Source of the DNA: Blasia pusilla
Taxonomy: Eukaryota
Length of the DNA stretch: 64,000 nucleotides
Assembly: GCA_050084515.1 (NCBI GenBank)
Contig: CM114271.1
Location: forward strand, 25,110,001-25,174,000
Direction: 5' to 3'
The notes beneath the pieces were generated by a model that saw nothing but the letters and a program-made list of their open reading frames with translations, did not search any database and was not told the origin of the DNA. Made by a program: the position numbers and the translations under genes. Shown here piece by piece: positions 24,917 through 37,500 of this stretch; position 1 is the stretch's first letter; the number at the start of each line of letters is the position of its first letter.

Positions 24917-26568
24917 TTGAATGAGGCCATGAAGGGCCCACGACGATACTCGTGTGCAGTGGGCACCATTGAGTTGGAGGACTTCATACAGGAGTTTGAT
25001 ACGTGGTGTGATATGCAGATGTTGCGGAACGCCACGTTGTTTACACCCTTCTTGGCTTGGAAGGGGTTGTTTCAGCACTTGGAGGGACCACCCATGGATG
25101 ATTACCATGAGTTCAGGAAGGACCATGTTGTTGAGATAGAGGCGTGGAAACAATATTGGTCTCCAGACTATGTGTCTATCACCCATGGTGGTATTGGTAG
25201 TAGTGCTCCTACTATGCCAGCCAGCCCGACGTTGAGTGGTACGAGTACGAGCCGGAGTGGGGGTACCAGTGGAGGTGCCCATGGAGGTACCAATGGGGGT
25301 ACTAGTGGAGGTACTAGTGCCCCACCATCGTTCAACCCGGTTGCAGAGTTCTTCAAGAGGTTGAAAAAGAATTATCAGGGAGTGAAGACAGAGAAGTTGA
25401 GGAGTCTCCAGGAATTTGAGCGAAAGACTGGTGAGAGTCTTCGTGAGGCATACACTCATATGCGACGCTTGATTTCAATTACCCAGGGTGTGGCGAGGCT
25501 CGAGCAGCACCGGTTTTGGTATGGAATCTTGGATAGAGAGTTGCGCCCCAGGGTACGTTATGCTACTCTTATGAGTGATGATTCACCCACATTGACCCAT
25601 GTGTTTGCTCTATCTGAGAAGATTGAGCTTAACATGGTGGAGGAGAGAGTGGTGACATCCGCATTTAGTAGGGATACAACTACTACTTCTCGTGTTCAGC
25701 AGTCCACCTCACAGTCTTGTAGTAGTGGTGTTGGTAGTAGTAGTGGGAGTCGTGGGGGGTACATACGACCTCAGTCAGGTCCTAGAGGGACACTTGCGCA
25801 GAGACCATTACCTTCATTTTGCCTTGCATGACAGGGCGATCATGTTGGACATGTGGAGGTGATCATGTTAGGAGGTTTTGTCCCCAAGAGGATGGGAGAC
25901 GGACTTTGGAGGATGGGCCTCAATCGGCCCCAACTCAGTGTGATCATTGCGGGAGACCAGATCATCCTCGAGAGCGTTGCTTTGATCTTCATCCAGAGTT
26001 GAGATCAGGCCGCGGCCGTGTTGGAGTAGCTCCGAGAGGCCAAGGTGGTAGGGGTGGTAGAAATGGACCAGTGGTTGGAGAGCCTACGGTGGCTACCCCT
26101 ACCACTACGACAGAGTTAGCGATGGCTGCCAGGATTGAGCAGTTGGGGCAAAAGTTGGCTACTATGGCTCGTATCCAGCATAGAGCAGGTTCGGGAGCAA
26201 GGGCTTCCACCTCTTATGGAGGGGATGATTTCTCTTATATGGCGAGTGCAGCACAGGTTGAGGCATCAACTGTAATTACAAGAGGAGCCACTCGAGCATC
26301 AGAGCCATGTGGTGCTACTGTGGAGTTGGACCCACAGAGGGGTGAGGCTGGGAGGCAGGCTAGCCTTCCCCAGTCATTCTTGTTGTCTGAGGTGCTTAGG
26401 ACTCCATCCATGGTTCCTACACAGCCTATTGAGTCGGTGATGGGGGCCGAGGCATCTACATCATGTGTAGTAGACACGGATCGACATCAATGTAGTATTG
26501 CGGATGGCAACTTCAGTGTTGGGATCCCCATTGTTTTCGGCCACGGAGCTGATGGCTTTAGGAGTTGA
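24917..26568 (+). pseudogene. gag: Gag-like protein with two CCHC zinc knuckles (frameshifted)
   Basis: ORFs 24917-25831 and 25819-26568. Motifs CWTCGGDHVRRFC and CDHCGRPDHPRERC. Confidence 0.85.
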
Positions 26569-26739
26569 CTTAGGTCCTGTATTTCAGCTAGCAGCCACAT
26601 TGTGTGAACGTGGGGGTGTTACTGCTACACATTCTGAGGTGGATGAGGTGTTGCGGTGGAGCGACCCTCTATGTCAGGTGTAGCATTGAGTACCAGTGCT
26701 ACTTGGTCAGGCAACAGCGGCAAAGATGGATGCATTACC

Positions 26740-27200
26740 AACCCGGCCAGCCATTGATCGTGAGAGGCTTACACCTGGTGTATGTATGTTGGACAACCGG
26801 AGTGGGATATTTTGATTGGTGAGTCCTACATGACAGGTGTATAGACGAGATATAGTCTTGTTAGACTCTGGTGCCCAACCTTTGATGTTGGGAAAGGCGA
26901 CATGTATTGGTTTGGGTATTCGGAGGTCAGAGCTTGAGCCTTGCCCATTCTAGATTCAAACATCACTTGGAGGAGCCAATGATAGGTCTCAATTCATGAC
27001 ATGGGAGAAGTTGTCTATACATTTTAGACCAAATCATGCGACTGATAGCTCCCGATTGGGAGTACCTGCAGTGGTCACATCAGTCGAGTCATATGATGTA
27101 CTAGTTGGAGGAGCAGTATTGTACTCGATGGGTTTTCAGATGGACTATTGGACTAAGACAGCATCTTATAGACTTGGTTGGCAGTCCGAGGGATGGACGT
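26740..27200 (+). pseudogene. Retroviral-type aspartic protease domain
   Basis: VLLDSGAQPLMLG at ~26855-26895 and downstream YDVLVGG. Confidence 0.85.
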
Positions 27201-27585
27201 ATGAGCCAGGTTCCTCTGAGATCTATTTATGGGGCTCGACCAGGAGGGTCTTCCCCACCGGTGTTAGCATCTGTGGCTGGTTTTAGTGGAGTAGTCACTT
27301 GGCCAAGACTTTTTGGAGGGTAATCTTTCTGCTATGGATTCTCTTGTGCATGAGGAGGTAGAGGAGGTCCCTAGTTTTGCAGTAGTGGCATCCTCATTGT
27401 TGGATGTGCCACTTTGGAATTCAGGCGGTGCACTACGGCAAGAGGCTGATCGCCTAGTGCAGGAGGCTTGGTGTGAGACTGTTATACCTCACAAGGAAGA
27501 GGAGGCCCCATAGCGGACTCCTACTTCTGGTCCAGTTGGGTTATCCCCTTTGGATACTACACCCATTGTATGGCAGTATCTGCCG

Positions 27586-28530
27586 GAGGGCATTTGTGTG
27601 TTAGATCTCTTTGGTGGGATTAGCACTGGTTTGGATGTAGTGTTGCAGACCGGTATTCCTGTGCGGAGATACGTGTATGTGGAGCGAGATGAGACGGCCC
27701 AGAGAGTCTCATCCCAACATATCGGTCAGTTGATGTGGAGATATCCTGAGTTGTCTCCGCCATCAGCTATTCGTGGGTACCAGCGTGCTTTGCCGTTACA
27801 CATTGCATTGTTGGGGGCGTAAGACCTTAAGAGGGTTGGTCCTGTGAATTTGGTGATTGCTAGATGGCCATGTCAAGGTCATACACGTGCTGGTCGTGGT
27901 GAGGGATTACACGACCCTAGGTCTCGATTATTTTGGGAGATGTTACGAGTGTTACGACATCTTCAAGTTCATCAGGCACGTGCTCTAGCTTACATTCTAG
28001 AGAATGTTCCATTGTTGGGTGACACTCGGACCCGGATGATAGCGAGTGTTCATGAGGTGCGGTCTTGGATTGGACCAGCGGTGTTGTTGGATGCTGCGCA
28101 AGTTGGCTCGTGTGCACATCGTCCACGCTTGTGGTGGACAAACTTGTTTCCTAGGGAGGTTCTATGTCGAGCATATGATGCAGTGCAGCGGGATCCTTGC
28201 CTTACAGTGGATAGTATCTTGGATATTGGGCGACTTTCTCAAGTGGTGAGGGTTATTGATCGGTCATCCATGGCAGTGGTGAATCGTGTGGGCCAGCCTA
28301 GGATGGCACTACCCACATTTTTGAGTTTTCCCTCGTCACATGCCTACAGGGAAGGTGGTCGTGGGCTTCTATGGGATTCTCATGTGCAACAGTTGGTGGA
28401 GCCTAACGCTGATGAGAGAGAGAGCGTGCGATGAGATTTGCTACTGGTGTGACATCGGTTGGTTCCATTTTGAGGCTTCACGACGTCATGTGTTGGGTCA
28501 GGCCATGGACCTGAATTGTTTGACTTGGAT
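27586..28530 (+). pseudogene. C5-cytosine DNA methyltransferase domain (DNMT3-like) within pol, between protease and RT
   Basis: Motifs in canonical order: I VLDLFGGISTG, II YVYVERD, IV LVIARWPCQG (27865), VI ILENV (28000), VIII AHRPRLWWTNL, IX EPNADERE, X RRHVLGQAMD. Confidence 0.9.
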
Positions 28531-28849
28531 TTTGAGTCTTGGGATGGCCGAGCAGCGTCGACTTTGGACTATGTCTATGGGTCTTCCACCCCTTGTGATG
28601 AGCTTGATGGCTACCGGGACGGTAGAGACATCGCCTGCGGGCGAGGAGAATAGTATTTTGCATCATTGGAGTAAATGGGATGTAATGGTTGGGCATGTGG
28701 AGTTGGTTGCTCATGCTGGTGGAGGAGTTATTTGCTCAGATGATGGTGTAGCTAAGGGTGTACCATCTTGTGGAGGGGTTGCCTAGCAGCCAATGGGGTG
28801 CCATTACTTGGGCCCAAGCTTAGGGGAGGTGAGAAACGACGCTTGACAC

Positions 28850-31200
28850 AATTCCTATGTGCTTATAGGAGTTGTTTTGCCTTTAGCATGAAGGAGTTGG
28901 GTGTTTTGGTTGGACCCGATATACGGATTGATTTGGCTAGTGATTCGATATAGTGATATGGAAAGGAACCTCATTTAGAGTAGGACGTTGGACCTTTTGG
29001 AGGCTGGATTAGTGGAGTTGTTGCATGGAGTATGCATCAGCCACTGTCATGCCTGCTAAAAAGGATGTGCATGGCAACTACACGGATAGGCGGATGTGTG
29101 GAGATTACCATCCTATCAATCGGCATACCAAGGCCGATAGGTATGCCATGCCTACACCTGAGGAGATCTTTGATGTGGTGGGATAGGCAAAGATTTTTAG
29201 TACTTTGGATCTTCGGGCAGGATACCATCAATTTCCGATTTGAGAGAGTGACAAGGCCAAGACAACATTTTGGGGTGTCAACTCTCATGGCAAGGATTGT
29301 TTGTACCATTGGAAATTCTTACCCTTTGGGTTGAAGAATGCACCTGCCGAGTTTTAGAGAGTGATTGACAGGATCCTAGCAGGATTGGATTTTGTTTGGT
29401 GTTACATTGATGATATCTTGGTGTTCAGTAACACGGTGGAGGAGCATCAGATACATTTGCAGATGGTGTTTGAGCGGTTGAAAGCTCATGGTCTACTTTT
29501 GCATCCAGGAAAGTGTAAGTTCTTCCATGAGGATGTTGAGTACCTGGATCATGTGTCGTGCCCCTACTCTCCTTGAACGTCAATCTTTGGTGTTGCGGAA
29601 GCGTGCGTTCAGTAGGTCACGAACTCATCGCCGATCTGCACCCAAACACGCACTCTCGTTAGTCGGGTTTGGCCAACCGGCGTTCCAACCCACCGAGTCC
29701 TCAACTCGGCATCTCATCAAGCTCAACCTTCCTTAGTTCCCAGCTCCCAACACATGGCAAGTCCTTTAAGACTTGGAACAGACTTCCTGGTTAGTCCAGG
29801 GATCTGAAACGGCACTTACACACCTAGCAATCCCAACTGTTCAACGGTCCTCGTGTGAGTTCCGAACCGAGACCCAAGTAATTGAGTCGCGGCGTGAAAT
29901 CCAAGAGGGATGTCTAAAATCGCCTCAATGGACTTGGTGCAGGTTTTCCAACCCAACGCCCAAACTCGCGTTCCGTTCCATGCCCTTGAGCCGCCCCGCG
30001 GCGCCCAAAGTGGGGTTTGGGTTCCAAGCACTCTCGAAGACCTTCCCCCTTACTAGTACTTATGGGGTTCTCCAATAACCCCTCCCCTTTGGGAAAAGAG
30101 GTTCGGTCCCTTCATTTTGGCCCTCAACCCGACTCCACTTACAGTCGTTTTGGGTCGTATCTCGGCCGCTGCTTATGCGTTTGCAGCGATCTTTGGTGCG
30201 TTTGAACCAGCTCTTTATAAGCTTTCCAACGCACTCTTATTTGCTCCAAACGCATCTTGGAGCTAAAAGTTATGGCCATAAATACAGTCGGAAACTCTCA
30301 AACGCAAGTGGCGTTCCAAGTCCGGATCTTTCCTTTGGCAACCCACTTCCTAGACTCGACTTTTTTCAAGTCTCATTCCGCGTTTGGTCCAGGTTTCAGT
30401 CGCGACCATCACATCTGAAATGCGACTTCTCGCTCGCGTCTCATCTCTTGTCTCCTCTTTGAGACAACTCCAACGCGCAAACCATCTTAGCGTGAGCCCG
30501 CTAATGTTCCGATGTTCCGCTTGGCACTTGTTTGGTCATGAGGGTCGCGACATCATGTGATCTATCCAGGTGGTTTGGGAGTTCAGCAAGCAAAGGTGGA
30601 GGCTATTGCACTTATTCCTCATCCGGTAGATGTGAGTAGAGTTCGGGCATTCATGGGATTGGCGACTACTATCGGAGGTATGTGAAGGGATTTAGTGCTA
30701 TGGCAAAGCATTTGAACCAATTGTTGAAATCAGATCAGGAGTGGCACTGGGGAGATCATCAGGAGAGAGCTTTTGTGGAGCTCAAGGCCCAGTTGGTAGA
30801 GGCGCCTATCTTGAGGAGACCTATCAGAGGGCGCCCATTTCAGTTACACACTGATTGGAGTAGGTTGGGACTTGGAGCAGTGTTGACACAAGATGATGAT
30901 GAACACATGGAGTTTGTGGTGGCCTATGCAAGTCGTTCGAATAATGCAGCGGAGTTGCGCTACAGTTCATATGAGGGAGAGTGCTTGGCAGTAGTGTGGG
31001 ATGTGGCACACTTTAGGTGTTACTTGTTTGGCACACAGTTTACCCTTGTTACTTATCACCAGCCGTTCAAGTGGTTGATGGAGTCTGACAAGCTTATAGG
31101 GAAGCTTGCACAGTGGGCTCTTATCTTACAGGAGTATGACTTCCAGGTGGTACATAGACCTAGAGTTGCCAACCTTGATGCTGATGGGTTGAGTAGAAAC
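28850..31200 (+). pseudogene. pol: Gypsy reverse transcriptase and RNase H, interrupted by a solo LTR
   Basis: RMCGDY, FSTLDLRAGYHQ, PFGLKNAP, CYIDDILVFS (~29400), LHTDWSRLGLGAVL, YSSYEGECLAVVW. Confidence 0.92.
29554..30552. mobile_element. Solo LTR (999 bp) of a third family
   Basis: TGTCGTG...CGCGACA with 5-bp TSD TCATG. RT sequence rejoins across it (compare 57380-57410). Confidence 0.88.
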
Positions 31201-31419
31201 CCATATACTAACCAAGAGGATGCAACTGGGGCTAGATGGCATGGCGAGGTTGATGAGGAGATGGTCCCACGTTGGCATGCATCAATGCATCCTTTTTATG
31301 CTGGTTAGGGGTGGATTCTAGTATAGAGGACCACATGACATCTTACTCTAGTCAGAGGGTAGATGGCCAGCCTTTAGATCCTAAGGTTGGAGATGGTGGT
31401 ACGCATCAGCGTGATATTC

Positions 31420-33475
31420 ATGATGATGCGTTGGTGTTGGAGTTCCTATGGACCAGTAGGGCGCCAGGCATAGTGAGTGCCAAGGAGCGAGACCGTGCTC
31501 TTCAACGTGCTAAGAGGTATCGATTGGAGGGAACACATATTCTCCGTGTGTGGGAGGATGGTAGAGTACGAGTAGTGCCACATTTGGCTCATAGAGAGCG
31601 CACTCATAGAGGCGTTGATTGATGATCGGACCACATCTCGAGATCATCTAGAGGCGGATGGTTTGGTTGAGCGTGTGGTTTAGACAGTGAAGAGGGCATT
31701 GCGCAAGTATGGCCTACAGAAGGGGCAGCTTGGAGATTGGGATATTCAGCTGTCATGGTTAGCCATGGGGTATAGGTTCAGCCGCCAAGCATCCTTGGCT
31801 TCCTTCTCACCTTATTTTCTGTTATACGGCCGAGATCCAGACTTGCCCGCATAAATTTTTCGGGAGTCTAGTGAGGTGGTGAACCTTGATGACCCAGAGA
31901 TGTGGATGAGAGTGTGTTCTCGGCGGGCAGAGCTCTTTCGGAGGGTTATGCCAACAGCCTTTGAGAATCTTGCCATTGCTCAACACAGGGATACGTTGCG
32001 GTATGCAACCATTCTGGGTGAAGGTTATCAACCATCTATTTGTAGGTTCCATGTGGGTGTCGTGCGCCTACTCTCCTTGAACGTTAATCTTGTTTGTTGC
32101 GGAAGCGTGCGTTCAATAGGTCACGCTCTCAACGCTGATCTACATCCAATCACGCACTTTGGTTAGTCGGGTCTTGTATCAATCATCGGGATTACTTTTC
32201 GAGTTCTCGTCTCGGACTCTCGTCAAGCTCAACCTTCCTAGTTTTGCGGTTTACAACACGGGAAAATCTCGAAGGACTTGGGACAGACTTTCTGGTCGGT
32301 TCAGGAACCTGAAACGGCGTTTTGCGCCTAGCGGTTCCAATTGTCCGATGGACATCCAATGAGTTCCTCACCAAGACTCACAAGAAGTGAATCTCGGGTT
32401 GGAATACAAGTGTGGGGTACAAAGTCCTCTCCCTTGGATCAGGTTTGGGTTTTGAGTTCCAACGCCAAACTCCCGTTCCATCCCGTGCCTCTGAAATGCC
32501 GTTTGGCGCCCAAAGTGAGGATTCGTGTTCCGAGATATCTTGGAGAGACTCCTCCCTTACTAGTACTTCTGGGGATCTCCGGGGGCCCCCTACATTTAGG
32601 GAAAGACACCCGGGCCTCTCCAATTGGCCCTCAACCTGATTGCTCTCTCAATCGTTTTTGGCCAATATCTCAGCCTGTACTTATGCGTTTTCTAAGATAT
32701 TTAGTGCGTTGGAAGCATCTCAAGATTAGCTTTCCAACCCGCCCTTATTTGTCCCAAATGCATCTTGGAGCTCAACGTTATGGTCCTAAACACAGTTAGA
32801 TTCTCCCAAACACTAGTCGTGTTCCAAACTGGTTCTCACCTCTTTGGAAACTAACCTCCCAAGACTCAACTCATCTCAAGTCTTGGCTCGCGTTTGGTCT
32901 AGGTTTCCTGGTCGCGACCACTAACGCATGAAATGCACAACTCTGTTCTGTGTTTCATCTCTTAAACTTTTCCAAGAGACTTTTCCAAACGCCTCTCCAA
33001 AGCGCTAACCTCGCAGCGTGAGTTCACTTGAGTTCTGATGTTTCACTTGACGCCTATTTGGTGTTGTTTGGTTATGAGGGTCGCGACAATGGGGGACTAT
33101 GTCTATTTGCAGCAGATTGCACCGAAAATGTTGGATGTGACGGTAGGCCGCACTATTTTACGAGTGCGCGAGGTGTTAGTTTCTGGAGTTCTCATGTTGG
33201 AGGGTCGTGATGGACTTATTTGGAAGGACCATGTACGTAATTGTGCGCCATGTCATCTTCCAGATGTGGATGGTACTGTTGACCCAAGCTTAGCCATGAT
33301 ACGTGCTAGCTTGAGGTGCATGTTGTGTGGATCTACTAGTAACGCAACCCGTATGTTGGTGTGTGATCGGTGTTCTAGAGGTTGGCACATGATGTGTTTG
33401 ACTCCACATATGGATGTTGTTCCTACTAGAAGGTGGGTTTGTCCTCGATGTACTCAGGAGAGGCAGTTGACTTGA
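31420..33475 (+). pseudogene. Integrase (internal deletion of ~430 bp at ~31605, solo LTR insertion) with C-terminal PHD finger
   Basis: ADGLVERVV, FSPYFLLYGR. PHD CMLCGS...MLVCDRCSRGWHMMCLTP...WVCPRC. The HHCC motif and first catalytic Asp are missing relative to 58430-58860. Confidence 0.85.
32058..33088. mobile_element. Solo LTR (1031 bp), diverged relative of 29554-30552
   Basis: TGTCGTG...GAGGGTCGCGACA with TSD GTGGG/ATGGG. Integrase sequence FHVGDY rejoins across it. Confidence 0.85.
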
Positions 33476-34542
33476 TCTTTGCATGATATGGATTACAAAT
33501 GGGCGACTAACGATGGGGCAACCTAGCACCCGGCCTTCTGATTCGTGCACCCAAGAAGGTGTATAGCATGTAGTAGATGTATAGGGCTACCTCGGAGTTA
33601 GAGGGACCTAACCACTAGTTAGGGGGGCGAGTTGTGGTACACTTGTATTTGTGGATGTTCTCGTCTATGTTATGTATGTATGTGAGTATGGTATGTCAAC
33701 GATGTATGTTGTATGACGATGTGGATTTGCACGACAGATGTCATGACCATATGGATTATGTGGTAGAGTATATTGTGCTAGTAGAGGCCATACCTTATGT
33801 AGAGCCTTAGTGTCTAGGTAGAGATGCACTTTCATACATAGGGTTGGGGGTTACTCAGTTGAGCGTGACTTTTCCAGTAGGGCCCGCTCTTAGGTTGGAG
33901 GATATAGTGTGGAGTGCACTCAAAGAACAGTTAGTTCTTTGAGTTGAGCCTGTTGCGTTGAAAGTTAGCCTTGGTAGTGAGTAGAGCTCTTGGCTATGGT
34001 GGTTCCTGCAAGCTTTGACCTGGATTCTCTCATCGTGGAGTGGGTTTGGCTCGATTGTATGTGATTCTATACGTGGTTTATAACAATAGGTCTTTAAGTT
34101 GTGGTACACTTATGTTTGTGGATGCTCTCGTCTATGTTATGTATGTATGTGAGTATGGTAGGTCAGCAATGTATGTTGTATGACGATGTGGATTCGCACG
34201 ACAGCTCTCAAGCTCTCTCTCTCTTGGAAGTATACCCCCTTCCCTCTCCCAAGCCCTCTCAACGGTAACCTATGCTCGTAGGTCACCTCCTTGGCTTTGG
34301 ACTTGTTGTAGCGGGTCAAGGCCCACTTCCCAAAGTGGAAAGTCAACTATCCCTAACATGGAAACTTGCCCAAAATAGTAATTTTCTTTGTATGGCTCCA
34401 AATGAGCCGAAACGAAGGGAAAACCTACTCTCTCAGGTTTTGCAGGGCCTCAACAGGTCATCCTCGACCTGTTGGGCATGTCCTCCACAACTTGAGAAGA
34501 CGCTCTGCTAGATCCCACTGATCTATCCTAATAGTCATGATA

Positions 34543-37500
34543 GAGGAGCCAGAACTTGGACTAGAGGAGATGTCGTATGGAGAGTATGCATCTGCCATGC
34601 ATGCCAAGAAGAATATGCATGACAACTGGATAGATAGGCGGATGTGTGGAGACTACCGACCTATCAATCTGCAAACAAAGTCAGATAGGTATGCTATGCC
34701 CACTCCCTAAGGAGATCTTTGATGCTATTGGGCATGCAAAGATAGCTTGTTCGTTGGATCTTCGACCCGGATACCATCAGCTACCTGTCAGATTGGAGGA
34801 TAGGCATTTTGGGACATCGATCCTCACACAAAGGATTGTTTGTACCATTGGAATTTTTTACCATTTGGGTAAAAGAATGTTGTGATTGAGTTTCAGAGGG
34901 TCATGGATAGGATCTTGGTAGGTCTGGATTTTGCTAGGTGTTATATTGATGACATCGTAGTCTTTAACACCAGGGTTGAGGGGCATGAGCAACATATAGA
35001 GGAGATGTTTCGACGATTGCAATTACATGGGCTGAAGCTACATCCAAGCAAGTGCAAGTTCTTCTACGATGAGATTGAGTACTTGGATCACACAATATAC
35101 CCATGTGGCCTTGGTGTGCAGTAGACGAAGGTAGAGGCTATTTCATGCATTCACGCCCTATAGATATGAGTTGAGTTCGTGCATTCATGGGATTGGCGAA
35201 CTTCTATCGAAGGTACGTCAAGGGTTTCAGTTTGATTGTAAAGTTGCTAACCTTGTTGATCAAGATGGATCACGAGTGGCATTGGGGGGAAGAGTAGGAG
35301 AGAGCATTTTAGCTGCTCAAGGACAGGTTGGCATCCACACCCATATTGAGGAGACCAATCAAAGGACATCCTTTCCAATTGCATACAGATTTGAGCATGT
35401 TGGGGCTTGGAGTGGTGCTCACCTAGCATGACAATGAGGGTAGGAGGTTAGTGGTGGCTTACGCTAGTCGCTCGAAGAACGCTGTAGAGGCAAAGTAAAG
35501 CTCGTATGAGGATGAGTGCTTGGCTACAGTATGGAGTCTCGCGCATTTCAAGTGTTACTTATTCTGTAATCTCTTTACCACCATTACTGATCATCAGCCA
35601 CTTAATTAGTTCATCGAGTCCGACAATCTTACATGAAAGCTTGCGAGGTGGGATATGTTGTTGTAGGAGTATGATTTTCAGGTGGTGCATAGACCTCGGA
35701 CGCTTAACCATGATGCAGATGGTCTGAGCCTTAACCCATACCCGAGTCAGCGAGATGCAACTAGAGCTCGGTAGCATGGAGAGAGTGATGAGGAGATGGT
35801 GTCGGGATGGCACGTGTAAGCCTATTTGGGCTTGTTGGCTATGGAGCGTCAGAGTGTTGAGACTTTGATGGCGAGGTCTGATAGAGAGTCCTTAGATCCA
35901 GAGGCCGGTGAGGAGGCGATAGGTGGCCGAGATATTCACAAGGATGAAGTCGTCTTGGAGAACCTGCATACTGGTAGTGTCGCGAGCACAATGGGTGCTA
36001 AAGAGCGGGATCGGATCCTACAGCGAGCCACACGTTTCGGATAGGAGGGGACACATGCGTTGCAAGTTTGGGAGGATGGTAGAGTACATATAGTGACTCA
36101 TCCTTCACAAAGTGCACATTTTGTGTGGCATGTTGATGAGGAGTTGGATCATTTTGGAATGAAGTGGACTTATAGCTTACTCCAGATACAATATTAGCGG
36201 CGAGGCACGTAGATTGACGTTCAGCAGTTTGTTGCTAGGTGCATGGTGTGTGATCAAGTATGGGCATCGTTCAAGGTTTCAAATCCACAGTTCCATCCAC
36301 TTCCAATCATGGATTGAGGTTATAGATGGAGTTTGTATTTTGCAAGGCCTTTACCTTTGACGGAGCGTCATAGTCGTTATGTGTTGGTGATCGTCAAACA
36401 CTTCTTGAAGTAGATAGAGTTGGTTGCATTGCCTAACAAAGCGAGCAAGAGAGTAGCATATGCCTTCTTAGATAGGGTGCTGAGTCATTTTGGCGCACCA
36501 GCTAAGGTGTTGACAGACCAGGGTATGGAGTTTTGTTGGGAGTTTCATGCCTTGTGTGATTAGGCGTTAATCGACCATCGGACCACTTCGCAAGATTATC
36601 TTGAGGTGGATGGACTAGCGAAGAGGGTTGTGCAGTTGATGAAGAGAGATTTACATAAGTATGGCTTGTAGAGAGATCACCTAGGAGATTGGGACCTCTA
36701 GTTTCCGTGGTTGGCAATGGGAAACAGATTCAGTAGGCATGCATCCTTAGCGTCTTTGTCACCATATTTTTTGGTTTATGGCCGAGAGCTTGATTTACCT
36801 ACGGCCATTTTTTGAGATGTTGGTGAGCTGTTAAATCTTGATGACCCTGATATATGTATGGATACAAGCATGTTCTAAGAGGGCTGAGTTTTTTTGGAGA
36901 GTGATGCCCATAGCGTTTGAGAACTTGGCGATTGCGCAACCTTGGGGTACGTTAAGATATGCGACTATTCGGGGAGGTGGTTACCGACATACTATTCAGA
37001 GATTCCATCAGGGAGACTATGTCTACTTTGAGACGGCACCCGCGATGTTGGATGTGACTGTAGAGCGCACTATCTTTAGATGCGTGAGATTTTGCCATCT
37101 AGTGTTCTCTTATTGGAGGGACGTGATGGTATGGTTTGGAAGGACCATGTGCATAACTATGTGCAATTTTATCTTCCTAACATTGATGATATAATGAATC
37201 CTAGATTAGAAATAGTTCTTGTAGGCTTGCAATGTATGTTGTGTGGTTCTGCCCATGGTACAGCCATTATGCTGGTCAGTGATGGATGTTCGAGAGGATG
37301 GCATATGGCATGTCTGACGCCACCTCTCAGTAGGGTACTTTCCTTGGGGACGATGGGTGTGCCCCAAATGTACACAGAGTAGGTAGTGATAGATTTTGAC
37401 TTGTATGTATGACATGGATGATAAGAAGGCGACTAACGATGGGGTCACATGAGCTACCTAGCCTTTTACTCTTAGTGTCCTAGAGAAGTATGTCATGGTA

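Larger units (their letters stand above)
22913..34203 (+). mobile_element. DNMT-carrying Gypsy retrotransposon, family A copy 1, architecture A1-internal-B1-A2-B2
   Basis: Termini TGTCATG...CACGACA with TSD GCTC (22909-22912 and 34204-34207). The host sequence rejoins perfectly across it. A1 22913-23280, B1 33631-33736, A2 33739-34097, B2 34098-34203. Confidence 0.92.
21666..34542 (-). mobile_element. 5' part (A segment + leader) of a family-B Gypsy copy, split by the 22913-34203 insertion and truncated at the MULE end
   Basis: 22560-22912 joined to 34204-34542 aligns with 62770-63459. The terminus at 34542 reads TATCATG on the minus strand. Confidence 0.7.

Noticed and set aside
22913-34203. 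DIRS/Ngaro-type element, suggested by split direct repeats and a methyltransferase
   Set aside because: The family encodes an aspartic protease and an HHCC/DDE integrase and makes TSDs. No tyrosine recombinase motifs were seen, and the MTase is C5-type.
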